Source: Candidatus Latescibacterota bacterium
GTDB taxonomy: Bacteria > Latescibacterota > UBA2968
DNA length: 64,000 nucleotides
Direction of reading: 5' to 3'
NCBI GenBank assembly: GCA_965204375.1
Contig: OZ241986.1
Span: 1,472,001 to 1,536,000 of the forward strand
Within the stretch, counting starts at the first letter, position 1, and every line of letters starts with the position of its first letter. Below, one piece after another: positions 28,687-38,930 of this stretch. Below the pieces are notes generated by a model, which was given only the letters and a program-made list of their open reading frames with translations, was not told where the DNA came from and did not search any database. The position numbers and the translations under genes are program-made.

Positions 28687-29844
28687 ATGGTTCCGACAAC
28701 AGATGTGACGGCATTGGATGAGGCGGCTGAAAAACCCGTTCTGGTCTTAGATGGGCTGGATGAGCCGGTTGTGATCGAATCCATTCGGTTGCTCAAAGAT
28801 GAGCGTGAGTATTACGTGCATGTGCGTTCTATAGATGGCGCGGAAGGTCTGGCGTTTACGAATGGGCGGGCGCAATATGTATATCCGATTCTCAACGAAC
28901 TGGTAATTCCCTATTTTATTGGCAAAGATGCCCGCGATCTCGAAGACCATCTTTGGGGTGTGTATCGCCACAGCAGCAATTACAAATTGCAGGGATTGGC
29001 TTTCTGGTGTTGTGTGGCGTGGGTTGAGATGGCGCTGTTGGATTTACTTGGTCGGACTGCACAGAAATCCATTCCCGATCTCCTGGGCGGCGTTGTGCGC
29101 GAGTGGGTTCCCTTTTACGTTGCGAGTGGGCGCAGGGATAGCACGCCGGAAGAAGAAGTGGGGTATTTGCAGAAGTTGATCGATGAGACAAGTGCGCCAG
29201 CCGTAAAGTTTAGAATTGGTGGGCGCATGAGCAAAAATGCAGATGCCATGCCCGGGCGAACACCGAATTTGATCGCGTTGTCTCGCAAAGTGCTCGGCGA
29301 TGCGATTGATATCCACGCGGATTCCAATAGTTCTTACGATCCGCCGCAGGCGATTGAAGTGGGGCGCATGCTCGAAGATATTGGCGCTGTTTATTTTGAA
29401 GAGCCTTGTCCGTTTGATCACCTCGAAGATACGAAAGTCGTTGCCGATACACTGGATATTCCCGTTTCTGGGGGCGAACAGGAGTTCAGCGACCGGCGGT
29501 TTCGATGGATGATTGCCAATCGCGGTGTGGATATCGTTCAGCCCGATTTGCATTATTACGGAGGGCTTATTCGCTCGACGCGGGTTGCGCGAATGGCCGA
29601 ATTGGCTGGAATGCCGACAACTGTACATATCTCAGGAGGTTTTGGATTTATTTACATGCTCCACTTTGCCGCCTGTACACCGGATATCGGCCGGTATCAG
29701 GAATACAAAAGGGGGATTGAGAAATACCGCGACTGGTTTGATCCCGCACTCGAGATTCGAGATGGGGAGATGAGTATTCCCAGGGGACCGGGGTGTGGGA
29801 TTGTGGATATTCAGTCTATTATTGACGGTGCAGATCGCTTATAG
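28687..29844 (+). CDS. Mandelate racemase/muconate lactonizing enzyme family protein
   Basis: EMALLDLLGR, KFR, DSN, EEP, GGEQE, QPD. Confidence 0.88.
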   Translation: MVPTTDVTALDEAAEKPVLVLDGLDEPVVIESIRLLKDEREYYVHVRSIDGAEGLAFTNGRAQYVYPILNELVIPYFIGKDARDLEDHLWGVYRHSSNYKLQGLAFWCCVAWVEMALLDLLGRTAQKSIPDLLGGVVREWVPFYVASGRRDSTPEEEVGYLQKLIDETSAPAVKFRIGGRMSKNADAMPGRTPNLIALSRKVLGDAIDIHADSNSSYDPPQAIEVGRMLEDIGAVYFEEPCPFDHLEDTKVVADTLDIPVSGGEQEFSDRRFRWMIANRGVDIVQPDLHYYGGLIRSTRVARMAELAGMPTTVHISGGFGFIYMLHFAACTPDIGRYQEYKRGIEKYRDWFDPALEIRDGEMSIPRGPGCGIVDIQSIIDGADRL

Positions 29845-29857
29845 GACATACAAAAAT

Positions 29858-31198
29858 ATGGAAATGGCACAGCATGGGGGACCGCCGCTGCGCGATGTGG
29901 TGACGGCGAGGCGTACGCAGAGGGAGACGCGCCGAAATAGCTGGTTGCTGGTGATCAATGGCGGCATGGTGATGATGGCCTATACATTTATCAGTGCGGA
30001 TCTGGTGATGCCGGCTTTTGTGCAAACACTGACCACATCCAGTATTCTGGTGGGTATGGCGGGAGCACTCATGAGAATGGGGTGGGCCTGGCCGCAGGTC
30101 TTTATCTCTCGGATTATCGAACCCAAACCGCGAAAGATGCCCTTGCTGATCTGGGCGGGTATGGCCCGAAGTGTGATGTGGATTTTGGTGGGCGTGATGA
30201 CGGTTTTTTTAGGCGGGTTGAAGCCCGCAATTTTTTTGTCTTTGTTTATGGTATTTTACGCTTTGGGAACATCGCTGATGGGCGTGATGAACGTGCCGTG
30301 GATGGATTTGATGGGCAAGGCGATTCCCGCGTCGCATCGGGCTAAAGTTTTTGCTCTGCGTCGCTTTTCAGGCGGTGTGATGTCCATGGTTGCGGGCGTT
30401 TTGATTTCCTATATCCTGAGCGCGCAGAGCGGTCTCTCGTTTCCCAATAATTACGCGGTGTTATTTATGCTTTCGGGTTCGGGCACGGCACTGGCCGTGC
30501 TGACTTTTGGCATGATCCGTGAGCCTATTGAAAAGCGCACGCGCGCACAGCTTTCTCTGAAAAATTATTTGATCAGTGGCCTGAGCCTGATGAAAGATGA
30601 TGTGAATTTCAGACGTTTGTGCATGGTGCAATTTTTGTGGGGTTTTAGCATGATGGGCGGGCCGTTTTACGTGCCTTACGCGATTTCTGGTCTGGGGATT
30701 GGGGTGGTTTATATTGGATTTTATGTGACTGCGATGCAGTTTAGCTCGGTTTTTTCAAATGTGGCGTGGGCATGGGTGGGACGTTACAAGGGCAATCAGG
30801 CTTTGTTCTTATACGGCACCTGCTTGCTCGCGTTGTCTATTCTGGTTCCAATATGTATCATTTATGTGCCCAATCACCCCATCTGGATCTGGGGTAAAGA
30901 GGTGGATTTGAGGGTTGTGGTGTATGCGTTTACGTTCATTTTTTCAGGCGCAGCCCAAAGCGGCATGTATTCGGGGCGCATGACGTATGTCCTCGATATT
31001 GCGCCTGCCGATCGACGGCCAACCTATACCAGCTTTATGAATATGTTTATGTTTCCGCAAGGATTGTTGCCCATGCTGGCCGGGGTGCTGGTCGCGTGGA
31101 TTTCCTATCAGAATTTGTTTCGCATTTCCCTATTATTTATCCCGTTTGCCGCGATACTCGCCTATCAGTTAAAACCCGTTATTCACAGTGAGGAATGA
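29858..31198 (+). CDS. MFS transporter
   Basis: About 12 hydrophobic segments; WMDLMGKAIP..R, VLDIAPADRRPTY. Confidence 0.8.
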   Translation: MEMAQHGGPPLRDVVTARRTQRETRRNSWLLVINGGMVMMAYTFISADLVMPAFVQTLTTSSILVGMAGALMRMGWAWPQVFISRIIEPKPRKMPLLIWAGMARSVMWILVGVMTVFLGGLKPAIFLSLFMVFYALGTSLMGVMNVPWMDLMGKAIPASHRAKVFALRRFSGGVMSMVAGVLISYILSAQSGLSFPNNYAVLFMLSGSGTALAVLTFGMIREPIEKRTRAQLSLKNYLISGLSLMKDDVNFRRLCMVQFLWGFSMMGGPFYVPYAISGLGIGVVYIGFYVTAMQFSSVFSNVAWAWVGRYKGNQALFLYGTCLLALSILVPICIIYVPNHPIWIWGKEVDLRVVVYAFTFIFSGAAQSGMYSGRMTYVLDIAPADRRPTYTSFMNMFMFPQGLLPMLAGVLVAWISYQNLFRISLLFIPFAAILAYQLKPVIHSEE

Positions 31199-32562
31199 AT
31201 TTCCTCAACGAGGTCTTCTGCCGGATAGGTGAGAATTTCTGCTAATGTGGGGTGATAATGGGGGATGTTCATGAGGTCGTGTACTGTGCCGCGGAAGTGC
31301 ATGATGGCGATGAGTTCGTGAAAGAGTTCGCCGGCTTCAGGCCCTACGATATGTCCACCGATGATTTCGCCTGTATCGGGATGGCATAGGATTTTGACAA
31401 ATCCATGGAGTTCCCCCAGGACCATGGATTTGCCGTGGTCATCAAAGGGATAGGACGCAACGCGATAGGGGATGTTTTGCTCGCGGCATTCTTTTTCTGT
31501 GAGGCCCACAGATGCAAATTGCGGATCGGTGAAGACCACTTCGGCTTTGAGCCTGTAGTCGATGCGCTGGTTTTGGGTTCCATCAACGGCGTTGTGACCG
31601 GCTATCTCGCCTTGCTGGACAGCGATGTGTACGATTTCGTATAGTCCCGTGCAATCGCCCGCAGCGTAAATATTGGGAGCGGTAGTACGCATGTGATGAT
31701 CCACGAGAATGCGTCCGCGCTCGACGTTTACGCCGGCATTTTCGAGTGCGAGCGATTGGATGGCAGGTACGCGTCCCAATGCATGGAGGATTATGTCTGC
31801 CGAAGCGCGACGGGGTTTGCCACTGTGGTGAAAGTGGGCGATTTTGGCATTGTTTTTGGTCGTGAATTTTTGCAATTGCGTATCGGTAAAGACTTTCATG
31901 CCTTCTTCTCTGAAGCGGGCTTCCACCGGACGTGCGAGATCTTCGTCTGTGCTACTGAAGATGTGATGGCTGCGTTGAATGAGTGTGGTATGCGTTCCCA
32001 GGCGGCAGAAGAATTGTGCAAATTCCGTTGCAACAGGTCCGCCGCCCAAGACGATCATCGATTCTGGCAATTCCCGCAGTTCAAGTGCTTCATCGCTGGT
32101 GATATAGCCCGCTTCTTTCAAGCCTGGAATGGCGATGTCGGATACGGTTGATCCCGTGCTGATGATGAAACTTCGCGCGGTGATATTTTGTTTTCCCACT
32201 GTGATGGTATTGCGATTGACAAACTGCGCCGTGCCGTTGATGAGAGTGAATCGAGGATTGTGCAGTTGCTCAATGCGATAATCTGCAAATTCGCTGACGA
32301 GTGCGCGTTTGCGGTCGTTGATTTCGTCGAGATTTGCGCGCAAATTAGAAGCGTGCAGGCCAAATTCTCTGGCGCGACGCATTAAGGACATGATCTCGGA
32401 TGAGCGCAGAATGGTTTTGGTGGGCATGCAGCCGCGCAAGATGCACAGACCACCGAGAGGCCCTTTGTCGATAATGGCAACTTTTGCGCCGAGTTCTTGT
32501 GCCGTGCGCGCAGCGGCGTATCCCGCACTTCCGCCGCCTATGACGATGACGTCGTAATCCAT
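31183..32562 (-). CDS. Class I pyridine nucleotide-disulfide oxidoreductase (dihydrolipoyl dehydrogenase-like)
   Basis: GGGSAG, GGLCILRGCMPTK, IYAAGD, C-terminal HPTLAE. Confidence 0.9.
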   Translation of the reverse strand: MDYDVIVIGGGSAGYAAARTAQELGAKVAIIDKGPLGGLCILRGCMPTKTILRSSEIMSLMRRAREFGLHASNLRANLDEINDRKRALVSEFADYRIEQLHNPRFTLINGTAQFVNRNTITVGKQNITARSFIISTGSTVSDIAIPGLKEAGYITSDEALELRELPESMIVLGGGPVATEFAQFFCRLGTHTTLIQRSHHIFSSTDEDLARPVEARFREEGMKVFTDTQLQKFTTKNNAKIAHFHHSGKPRRASADIILHALGRVPAIQSLALENAGVNVERGRILVDHHMRTTAPNIYAAGDCTGLYEIVHIAVQQGEIAGHNAVDGTQNQRIDYRLKAEVVFTDPQFASVGLTEKECREQNIPYRVASYPFDDHGKSMVLGELHGFVKILCHPDTGEIIGGHIVGPEAGELFHELIAIMHFRGTVHDLMNIPHYHPTLAEILTYPAEDLVEEIHSSL

Positions 32563-32584
32563 GGTGGTTTCCTTTATGCGTTAG

Positions 32585-32737
32585 AGGTAAGAAGTAAGAC
32601 GTAAGAGGGCTACCCAACACCACCCAAAAGACGGATGCTTCATCTAACATTCTATGGGGCAGGAACTTTGACGTCTTTCGTCTCACGTTTCACGTCTTAC
32701 CTTGGGGGCGGTGGGACGGGCTGACTAACTGACAACT
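32585..32737. repeat. Inverted pair of heptamer arrays flanking a ~58-nt spacer, plus a CTGACWA array
   Basis: AG GTAAGAA GTAAGAC GTAAGAG (32585-32607); reverse-complement array ...CTTTCGT CTCACGT TTCACGT CTTACCT (32666-32702); GCTGACT AACTGAC AACT. Confidence 0.7.
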
Positions 32738-32779
32738 TAAAATGTCTCTTTGATTTGAGCAAGGAATTTGGAGGTTTTT

Positions 32780-33856
32780 ATGCATGAACTCGTGAATGGT
32801 ATTGTGCCGATAGAGGCGAGAGAGCAGGAGCGGTTGATTCAGGTTCGCGATTTGGGAGAGACGGCGCAACGGCTATATGAAGCAGTTGGTGTGCCGAGGG
32901 CAGATGCGCAGTTGATGGCCGATTTGCAAGTTGAGACAGATGTACGCGGAGTTCACTCTCACGGTACACGGGCTTTGCCAAACTACTTAAAGCGCATTCA
33001 AACTGGTCATACAAATCCAAAACCCGAAATTCGCGTTGTTCGCGAAGGACCCGCGTCTGCAACGGTAGATGGCGATGGGGGTTTGGGGCATCTGGCATCT
33101 TATCGCGCGATGCAACTGGCGATTGCAAAAGCGAATGATCTGGGAATTGCGGCGACAACAGTTATAAACAGCCGCCACTACGGCGCAGCGGCCTGTTACG
33201 CGACGATGGCATTGGAATGGGATATGATCGGTTTTTGCGTATCGAGCAGCAGTCGAGGTGTGGCGCCTTATGGCGGGATAGACCGATTGATGGGCAATCA
33301 CGCGCTGGCTTATGCGATTCCGGCGGATAGGGAATATCCCATTGTCCTGGATATGGCGACGGGACGATCCGCCTGGGGGCGAGTGGGGACTATGCGTTTG
33401 TATGGACGGAAATTAGACGGCGAGTGGGTGTTAGATGAGGATGGGCAGGTGACAGACGATCCGGCACGCGCGCACGCGCTGGTAGCTCCCGGTGGCGCGA
33501 AGGGATCGGGGCTAAATGTGGTGATGGATGTTTTGAGTGGTATTCTGCCTTTTGGCCTGGCAACGGTGAATCGGGAAGATGAATATCAAGGACAGCGGCG
33601 TGCCAGTCATTTTTTTCAGGCGATCAAGATCGAGACATTTTGCGATGTGTCAGATTTCAAACGGGAAGTTGATCGGATGATTCAGACGATTCGAGCTTCT
33701 CGTCCCAAAGAAGGTGTGGATCGTATTTACGTGCCTGGTGAGATTGAGTGGTTAAAAAAGGCGGCCTGGGAAAAGACAGGGATTCCGCTGCATAAAACCC
33801 ATGTGGAAAGTCTGGAAAAAGCGGCCGAGGAATTGGGTGTAGAGGTGGCGTTTTGA
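32780..33856 (+). CDS. Ldh_2 family oxidoreductase (type 2 malate/L-lactate/sulfolactate dehydrogenase-like)
   Basis: TDVRGVHSHG, VDGDGGLG, NSRHYGAA, IVLDMAT, KGSGL, IYVPGE. Confidence 0.9.
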   Translation: MHELVNGIVPIEAREQERLIQVRDLGETAQRLYEAVGVPRADAQLMADLQVETDVRGVHSHGTRALPNYLKRIQTGHTNPKPEIRVVREGPASATVDGDGGLGHLASYRAMQLAIAKANDLGIAATTVINSRHYGAAACYATMALEWDMIGFCVSSSSRGVAPYGGIDRLMGNHALAYAIPADREYPIVLDMATGRSAWGRVGTMRLYGRKLDGEWVLDEDGQVTDDPARAHALVAPGGAKGSGLNVVMDVLSGILPFGLATVNREDEYQGQRRASHFFQAIKIETFCDVSDFKREVDRMIQTIRASRPKEGVDRIYVPGEIEWLKKAAWEKTGIPLHKTHVESLEKAAEELGVEVAF

Positions 33857-34938
33857 TAGAGGAAGCCCGAGATTTTCAGATGGAAGAGAATAATAAACCA
33901 CTGGTCTCAATTATTATTCCCCATTATTTGGGAGATATTCTTTCCGAGTGTCTGGCATTTGTCTATGCGCGGACATCGGATATTTCTTTTGAAGTTATTG
34001 TAGCTGATGACCAGCCTTATCCCGACGGCAGCCTGGATAGGGCATTGGAGAAGTTTCCGGATATTCGCATTGTGAAGACGGGTGGGGGACATGGGAAGCC
34101 GAGCAAGGGGATGGGTGCCGGGTGCAACCGGGGTTTGGAGGTTGCAAAGGGGACGTATGCGATGTTGTTAAATTCGGATGTGGAGGTGGGCGAAGGGTGG
34201 TTGCCGCCGCTGATTGATGCCCTGAAATCCGATTCCGAAATTGGGGCGTGTCAGTCCAGGGTGCGGTCGTTGCATAATCGCAAAATGTTCGATTATGGCG
34301 GGGCTGCAGGCGGGCTGATGGATAAGTGGGGATTTACATTCTGTCAGGGCAGGATATTTGAGTTTGTCGAAGAAGATGTGGGGCAATACAATCACTCCCG
34401 CGATATTTTTTGGGCTATTGGAGGAGCGATGTTTTTGCGTATGGATTGCCTAAAAAAAACGGGACTGATCGATGAGGGATTTATAATGCATATGGAAGAG
34501 ATTGATTTGTCATGGCGGTTTCACCTTGCGGGGTATCGCATCGTCTATGTGCCCGATTCTCTCGTATATCACTACGGCGGATTTACTCTGGGTGCAGAGA
34601 GTTATAGAAAAGCGTATTTGAATCACCGCAATCAGCTCGTGATGTTGTTGAAAAACTTTTCCCTTTCGCGGCTGTTGTATAAATTCCCGGTTCGGGTCGC
34701 TATGGAACTGGCAAATTTGGGTTTGTTGCTAAAGGGCAATTGGAAACATCCCGTTGCGGCAATAGCTGGGCTTTTATGGGTGTTGCTGCATCCGTTCAAT
34801 ATCTTGCGGCGACGGCGAGAAGCCCAGCGGTTCAGAAGCGTGGGAGATGGTGAGATTGAACGGCGTCTTTTCAAGGGGTCAGTAGTTTATCACTATTTTA
34901 TTCGCGGTGTCAAAACCGTTTGTGAGATAGGAGCGTGA
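33853..34938 (+). CDS. Glycosyltransferase family 2
   Basis: VSIIIPHY, LLNSDVEV, FWAIGGAMF, MEEIDLSWR, VYHYGG. Confidence 0.9.
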   Translation: MIEEARDFQMEENNKPLVSIIIPHYLGDILSECLAFVYARTSDISFEVIVADDQPYPDGSLDRALEKFPDIRIVKTGGGHGKPSKGMGAGCNRGLEVAKGTYAMLLNSDVEVGEGWLPPLIDALKSDSEIGACQSRVRSLHNRKMFDYGGAAGGLMDKWGFTFCQGRIFEFVEEDVGQYNHSRDIFWAIGGAMFLRMDCLKKTGLIDEGFIMHMEEIDLSWRFHLAGYRIVYVPDSLVYHYGGFTLGAESYRKAYLNHRNQLVMLLKNFSLSRLLYKFPVRVAMELANLGLLLKGNWKHPVAAIAGLLWVLLHPFNILRRRREAQRFRSVGDGEIERRLFKGSVVYHYFIRGVKTVCEIGA

Positions 34939-34939
34939 G

Positions 34940-36118
34940 GTGAAAGCAATTGGTCTCATGTCTGGAACTTCTGCCGATGGGGTGGATGCTGCGCTTGTGG
35001 AGATTGGTGAATCTGACATGTCTCTTCTCGGATATGTCGAGATTCATTTTCCCAAAGATGTCAGAAGAGAGATTTTGTCGCTTTGTGAAAATGGACGGGT
35101 CGATGCAATATGTCGCATGGATGCCGCGCTTGGGGAATGGTTTGCAGAGGCTGCACTGCGCGTATGCGAGAAGGCCAATGTCAGCGCGGGAGAAATCGAT
35201 GTGATTGGATCGCACGGGCAGACTATTCACCATTTGCCCACGCTAGCTGTTGTTGCGGATAAAAAGGTGAGATCAACGCTGCAAATTGGCAGTCCCGCGG
35301 TAATTGCAGAGCGCACGGGAATCACGACGGTATCGGATTTTCGGTCGCGGGATATGGCTGTGGGAGGACAGGGAGCACCGCTTGTTCCGCTGGTGGATTA
35401 TCTGTTGTTTCGGTCTGAATACGTGGGTCGCGCGATGCTCAATATCGGCGGCATTGCCAATGTCAATATATTGCCCGCAAACTGTGGCGTGTCAGATATT
35501 TTTGCATTTGATACGGGGCCTGGCAATATGGTCATTGATGGGGTTGTGCAGGCAATAACACGCGGCAAACAGAGTTTCGATAGGGATGGAGAACTTGCGG
35601 ACAAAGGCCAGGTATGTGAGGATCTTTTGGATGTGCTTATGGCGCATCCTTTTTTTGATATGGAGCCGCCCAAGACAACGGGACGCGAGAATTTTGGGAT
35701 AGATATAGTTCAGAAAATTCTCGATTGGGAGGAAAAACGGGAGGATCTCGTGCGTACGGCAGTGCAGTTCACGGTGGAAAGCATTGCGCATGGGCTAAAA
35801 CGATTTGTTTTGCCCAGATGTGAAATCCACGAAGTGATTGTAAGTGGGGGCGGAACCAAAAATCCGGTTATGATGGATCTTTTGGATCGGGCTCTGGGAA
35901 ATATCGCATTCAAGCGATTGGATGATCTTGGAATGGCATCAGAAGCAAAAGAAGCTATTGCATTTGCGATCCTTGCCTGTCAGACCATGAATGGGCATCC
36001 GGGCAATGTGCCGAGTGTAACTGGTGCAGATAAACAGGTGGTGTTAGGATCTATTACACCGGGTAAGAGGGACACCCGACTACCCAATCCTGAGTTGTTG
36101 GGAACACCATTGCATTGA
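34940..36118 (+). CDS. anmK: Anhydro-N-acetylmuramic acid kinase
   Basis: IGLMSGTSADGVD, GSHGQT, GGQGAPLVP, NIGGIAN, FDTGPGN, KEAIAFA. Confidence 0.96.
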   Translation: MKAIGLMSGTSADGVDAALVEIGESDMSLLGYVEIHFPKDVRREILSLCENGRVDAICRMDAALGEWFAEAALRVCEKANVSAGEIDVIGSHGQTIHHLPTLAVVADKKVRSTLQIGSPAVIAERTGITTVSDFRSRDMAVGGQGAPLVPLVDYLLFRSEYVGRAMLNIGGIANVNILPANCGVSDIFAFDTGPGNMVIDGVVQAITRGKQSFDRDGELADKGQVCEDLLDVLMAHPFFDMEPPKTTGRENFGIDIVQKILDWEEKREDLVRTAVQFTVESIAHGLKRFVLPRCEIHEVIVSGGGTKNPVMMDLLDRALGNIAFKRLDDLGMASEAKEAIAFAILACQTMNGHPGNVPSVTGADKQVVLGSITPGKRDTRLPNPELLGTPLH

Positions 36119-36201
36119 TGATACTGGCGCAGTTGTACACCGTTGCGTATATTTTCTTATTACATTGCCGATTTGCGCACGGATGATTCGAGGAAAAGGC
36201 T

Positions 36202-37026
36202 ATGATTTTTGACATCTTACTCATTGCAACAGGAGGAGCATACATCGCCAGTGCGCTGGGTTATGCTTTGCATTTTCACCAGCCCAGAGCACACTGGCGT
36301 GACTTGTGTACCTGGGGAATATGGGGGGCCTGGTGTATGCACACTGTGCTTTTGGTCGTTATTACAATTTCTGTGGGTGAGGTGCCTCTGACCAGTCAGG
36401 TTTTGCCATCGCTATGTGCGTGGTTAGTCGCGGTTGTTTATATTTATCTGGAAGTGAGTACGCGAGATCGGTCTTTGGGCGTGCTGATTGTGCCTATTGT
36501 GGTGGTTTTGCACACTTTGACACTTACAAAATTACCGGGTATTGAGGATATTCAGGTCACGGGATATAGCGGTGGGTGGTTTGAACTCCACGTACTGGCT
36601 TATGGCCTTGCTTACACGGCATTTGCAATTTCCTGTGTTGGGGGTGTGATGTATCTGATGCTTCTGGGCGAAATTCAGGCCAAGCATTTAGGTTTTTTTT
36701 ATTCCCGCCTGCCTTCACTCGAAGTGTTGAATCAGATCACTAACCGAGCTGCCACTTTTGGGTTTATCTTTTTGACGGGCGGAACTATTGCCAGTTCGGT
36801 GTGGGCATTTCAACATCTTTCGCAGTTTTCTGTATGGCGCGAGCCGGTGTTTTTACCCGTTTTGGTTGCCTGGGTTATTTATGCGGGCAATCTCGCCGCG
36901 CGGTGGTGGGGTGGTTGGCAGGGCAAACGAGCGGCTTTTCTGTCTATCATGGGTTTTGTCCTCGTGATCTTGGCATTTCCCGTGGTGGGCGTTCTCTTTT
37001 CTGGTCCCCATAATTTAGGACCTTAA
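36202..37026 (+). CDS. Cytochrome c assembly-type membrane protein (CcsA/HemX-like)
   Basis: Multi-TM; ELHV, RLPSLEVL, GWQGKRAA; lies in the hem operon. Confidence 0.8.
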   Translation: MIFDILLIATGGAYIASALGYALHFHQPRAHWRDLCTWGIWGAWCMHTVLLVVITISVGEVPLTSQVLPSLCAWLVAVVYIYLEVSTRDRSLGVLIVPIVVVLHTLTLTKLPGIEDIQVTGYSGGWFELHVLAYGLAYTAFAISCVGGVMYLMLLGEIQAKHLGFFYSRLPSLEVLNQITNRAATFGFIFLTGGTIASSVWAFQHLSQFSVWREPVFLPVLVAWVIYAGNLAARWWGGWQGKRAAFLSIMGFVLVILAFPVVGVLFSGPHNLGP

Positions 37027-37029
37027 GCC

Positions 37030-37653
37030 ATGCGCTATCCCATATTTTTGAAATTGGAAGATCAGTTGTGTGTTGTGGTTGGGGCGGGTCGCGTTGCCGA
37101 ACGCAGAGTGCGCGGGCTGTGCGATGCAAAGGCGCGGGTTCGAGTTGTGGGTATAACCGCGACCAAGGGCATTCTGAAATTGGCCGATGAAGGCGCGATC
37201 CATCTCGATCAGCGGGCATTTGAGCCGAGTGATTTGAACGGTAGCGCGATCGTGATTGCCGCGACTGATCACGTAGATGTCAATCGGGCAGTGCAGGCGG
37301 CGGCGAAATGCCGGGGGATTTTGTTTTGCGGTGCGGATCGACATACAGATAGCGATTTTATTGTGCCTGCGGTTGTGCGGCGTGGCGACTTACAGGTGGC
37401 GATTTCCACCGGGGGCAATAGTCCTGCTTACGCCAGGCTGTTGCGTCGAGAAATTGAGGCTTTTTGGGATGATGGGCAGTTACTGGATTTGATGGCGGAT
37501 TTAAGGCGTAGAGTTTATGCGCGATTTCCCAACGCGCCAGAACGCAGGCAAGCGTTCTGGCGACAGTTGGTGACAGATGATACGCTTGCTCTGGCGCGCA
37601 AGGGCAAGTGGGCTGAAATTGAGGAGAGGATTGAAGTATGTCTCTCGTCGTAA
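37030..37653 (+). CDS. Precorrin-2 dehydrogenase/sirohydrochlorin ferrochelatase (CysG N-terminal / SirC-like)
   Basis: YPIFLKL, VVGAGRVAERR, AATD, DFIVPAVVRRGDLQVAISTGGNSP. Confidence 0.9.
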   Translation: MRYPIFLKLEDQLCVVVGAGRVAERRVRGLCDAKARVRVVGITATKGILKLADEGAIHLDQRAFEPSDLNGSAIVIAATDHVDVNRAVQAAAKCRGILFCGADRHTDSDFIVPAVVRRGDLQVAISTGGNSPAYARLLRREIEAFWDDGQLLDLMADLRRRVYARFPNAPERRQAFWRQLVTDDTLALARKGKWAEIEERIEVCLSS

Positions 37654-38930
37654 TCGGACTGAGTTATCGCACGGCACCTGTTGAAATTCGAGATGGAGTC
37701 GCGGTATTACCCCAGGCTCTGGATGCGGTTCTGCAATACTTTTCCAGCGTGCCTGAAATCGTCGAATGCGCGGTTTTATCGACGTGTAATCGTTCAGAAG
37801 TCTATTGTGTTGCGACGGATATTCACGCTGCTCGCGCGGCTGTGATCGCGGGATGGAGCGAGCAAAGTGGATTGGATGCCGACGCATTGGGACAGCATAC
37901 GGTTGTCTATCGCGATGCAGAAGCCGTGCGCCACCTTTTCAGGGTCGCCTGTGGGTTGGATTCTATGGTAATGGGTGAGCCGCAAATTGCAGGTCAGGTA
38001 AAAGAGGCCGGGGCTGCTGCACTATCTATGGGAACGAGCAAAACCGTGCTGAATCGCTTATTTCGCACTGCGACTGAGGTTTCAAAGCGGGCGCGCACGG
38101 AAACTGAGATTGCAACGGGTGCCGTTTCCGTCAGTTTTGCAGCGGTGGAACTCGCAAAGAAAATTTTTGGCAATCTCGAAGGGCATACAGCTCTGGTGCT
38201 TGGTGCTGGCGAGATGAGTGAATTGACAGCGCGGCACCTCGCCGACAATGGGGTGAAGTCTTTGCTGGTGACGAGTCGCACCTTTGAGCGAGCACAAAAT
38301 TTGGCAATGCGCGTAGGAGGTCGCGCCATTTCCTGGGACGAAGGGATAGGAAATTTGCACGGGACAGATGTTGTTATCAGTTCTACGAGCGCGGAAACTT
38401 ATGTTCTGGAACGCCACCATGTAGCAGCGGCGATGCAAAAGCGCAATAATCGCTCGATGTTTTTGATTGATATTGCCATGCCGCGCGATATTGATCCAGT
38501 AGTTGGTGATCTGTATAATGTGTTTTTGTATGATCTCGACGATCTGGAGTCCGTTGTTGGTGCGAATTTGGAGAAGCGGAAAATTGAGGCGGATAAAGTC
38601 AGTGCAATTATAGAAGAAGAGGTGGAGAATTTTTCTGCGTGGATAAATTCCCTATCGGTTGTTCCCGCTATTGTAGCTCTACGTGGGCATTTTCAATCTT
38701 TTATGGATTCGGAACTCGCGCAGGCCAGGCTCAGTGAATTTTCAGATGAGCAACGCGCTCAGGTTACCAATTTGATGCGCCGATTTATGAATAAGGTGCT
38801 GCACAAACCGGTGACGCGCCTTAGAGAGGCTGGCGAGGAGGAAGATGGTGGGGCTTATGTGGCAGCACTTTCATACTTGTTTGATCTGGTGGTTGAGGAC
38901 ATAGAGATTGAAAAGGTGCGCAATTCATGA
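37638..38930 (+). CDS. hemA: Glutamyl-tRNA reductase
   Basis: LSTCNRSE, GLDSMVMGEPQI, LGAGEM, DIAMPRD. Confidence 0.97.
   Translation: MSLVVIGLSYRTAPVEIRDGVAVLPQALDAVLQYFSSVPEIVECAVLSTCNRSEVYCVATDIHAARAAVIAGWSEQSGLDADALGQHTVVYRDAEAVRHLFRVACGLDSMVMGEPQIAGQVKEAGAAALSMGTSKTVLNRLFRTATEVSKRARTETEIATGAVSVSFAAVELAKKIFGNLEGHTALVLGAGEMSELTARHLADNGVKSLLVTSRTFERAQNLAMRVGGRAISWDEGIGNLHGTDVVISSTSAETYVLERHHVAAAMQKRNNRSMFLIDIAMPRDIDPVVGDLYNVFLYDLDDLESVVGANLEKRKIEADKVSAIIEEEVENFSAWINSLSVVPAIVALRGHFQSFMDSELAQARLSEFSDEQRAQVTNLMRRFMNKVLHKPVTRLREAGEEEDGGAYVAALSYLFDLVVEDIEIEKVRNS

Noticed and set aside
31183-32562. Mercuric reductase MerA
   Set aside because: No C-terminal Cys-Cys pair or N-terminal metal-binding domain, and no mer genes nearby; it ends with an LpdA-like HPTxxE motif.
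36130-36142. 13-mer CAGTTGTACACCG shared with 51523-51535, both intergenic
   Set aside because: Only two copies, not palindromic, upstream of unrelated genes; compatible with chance.
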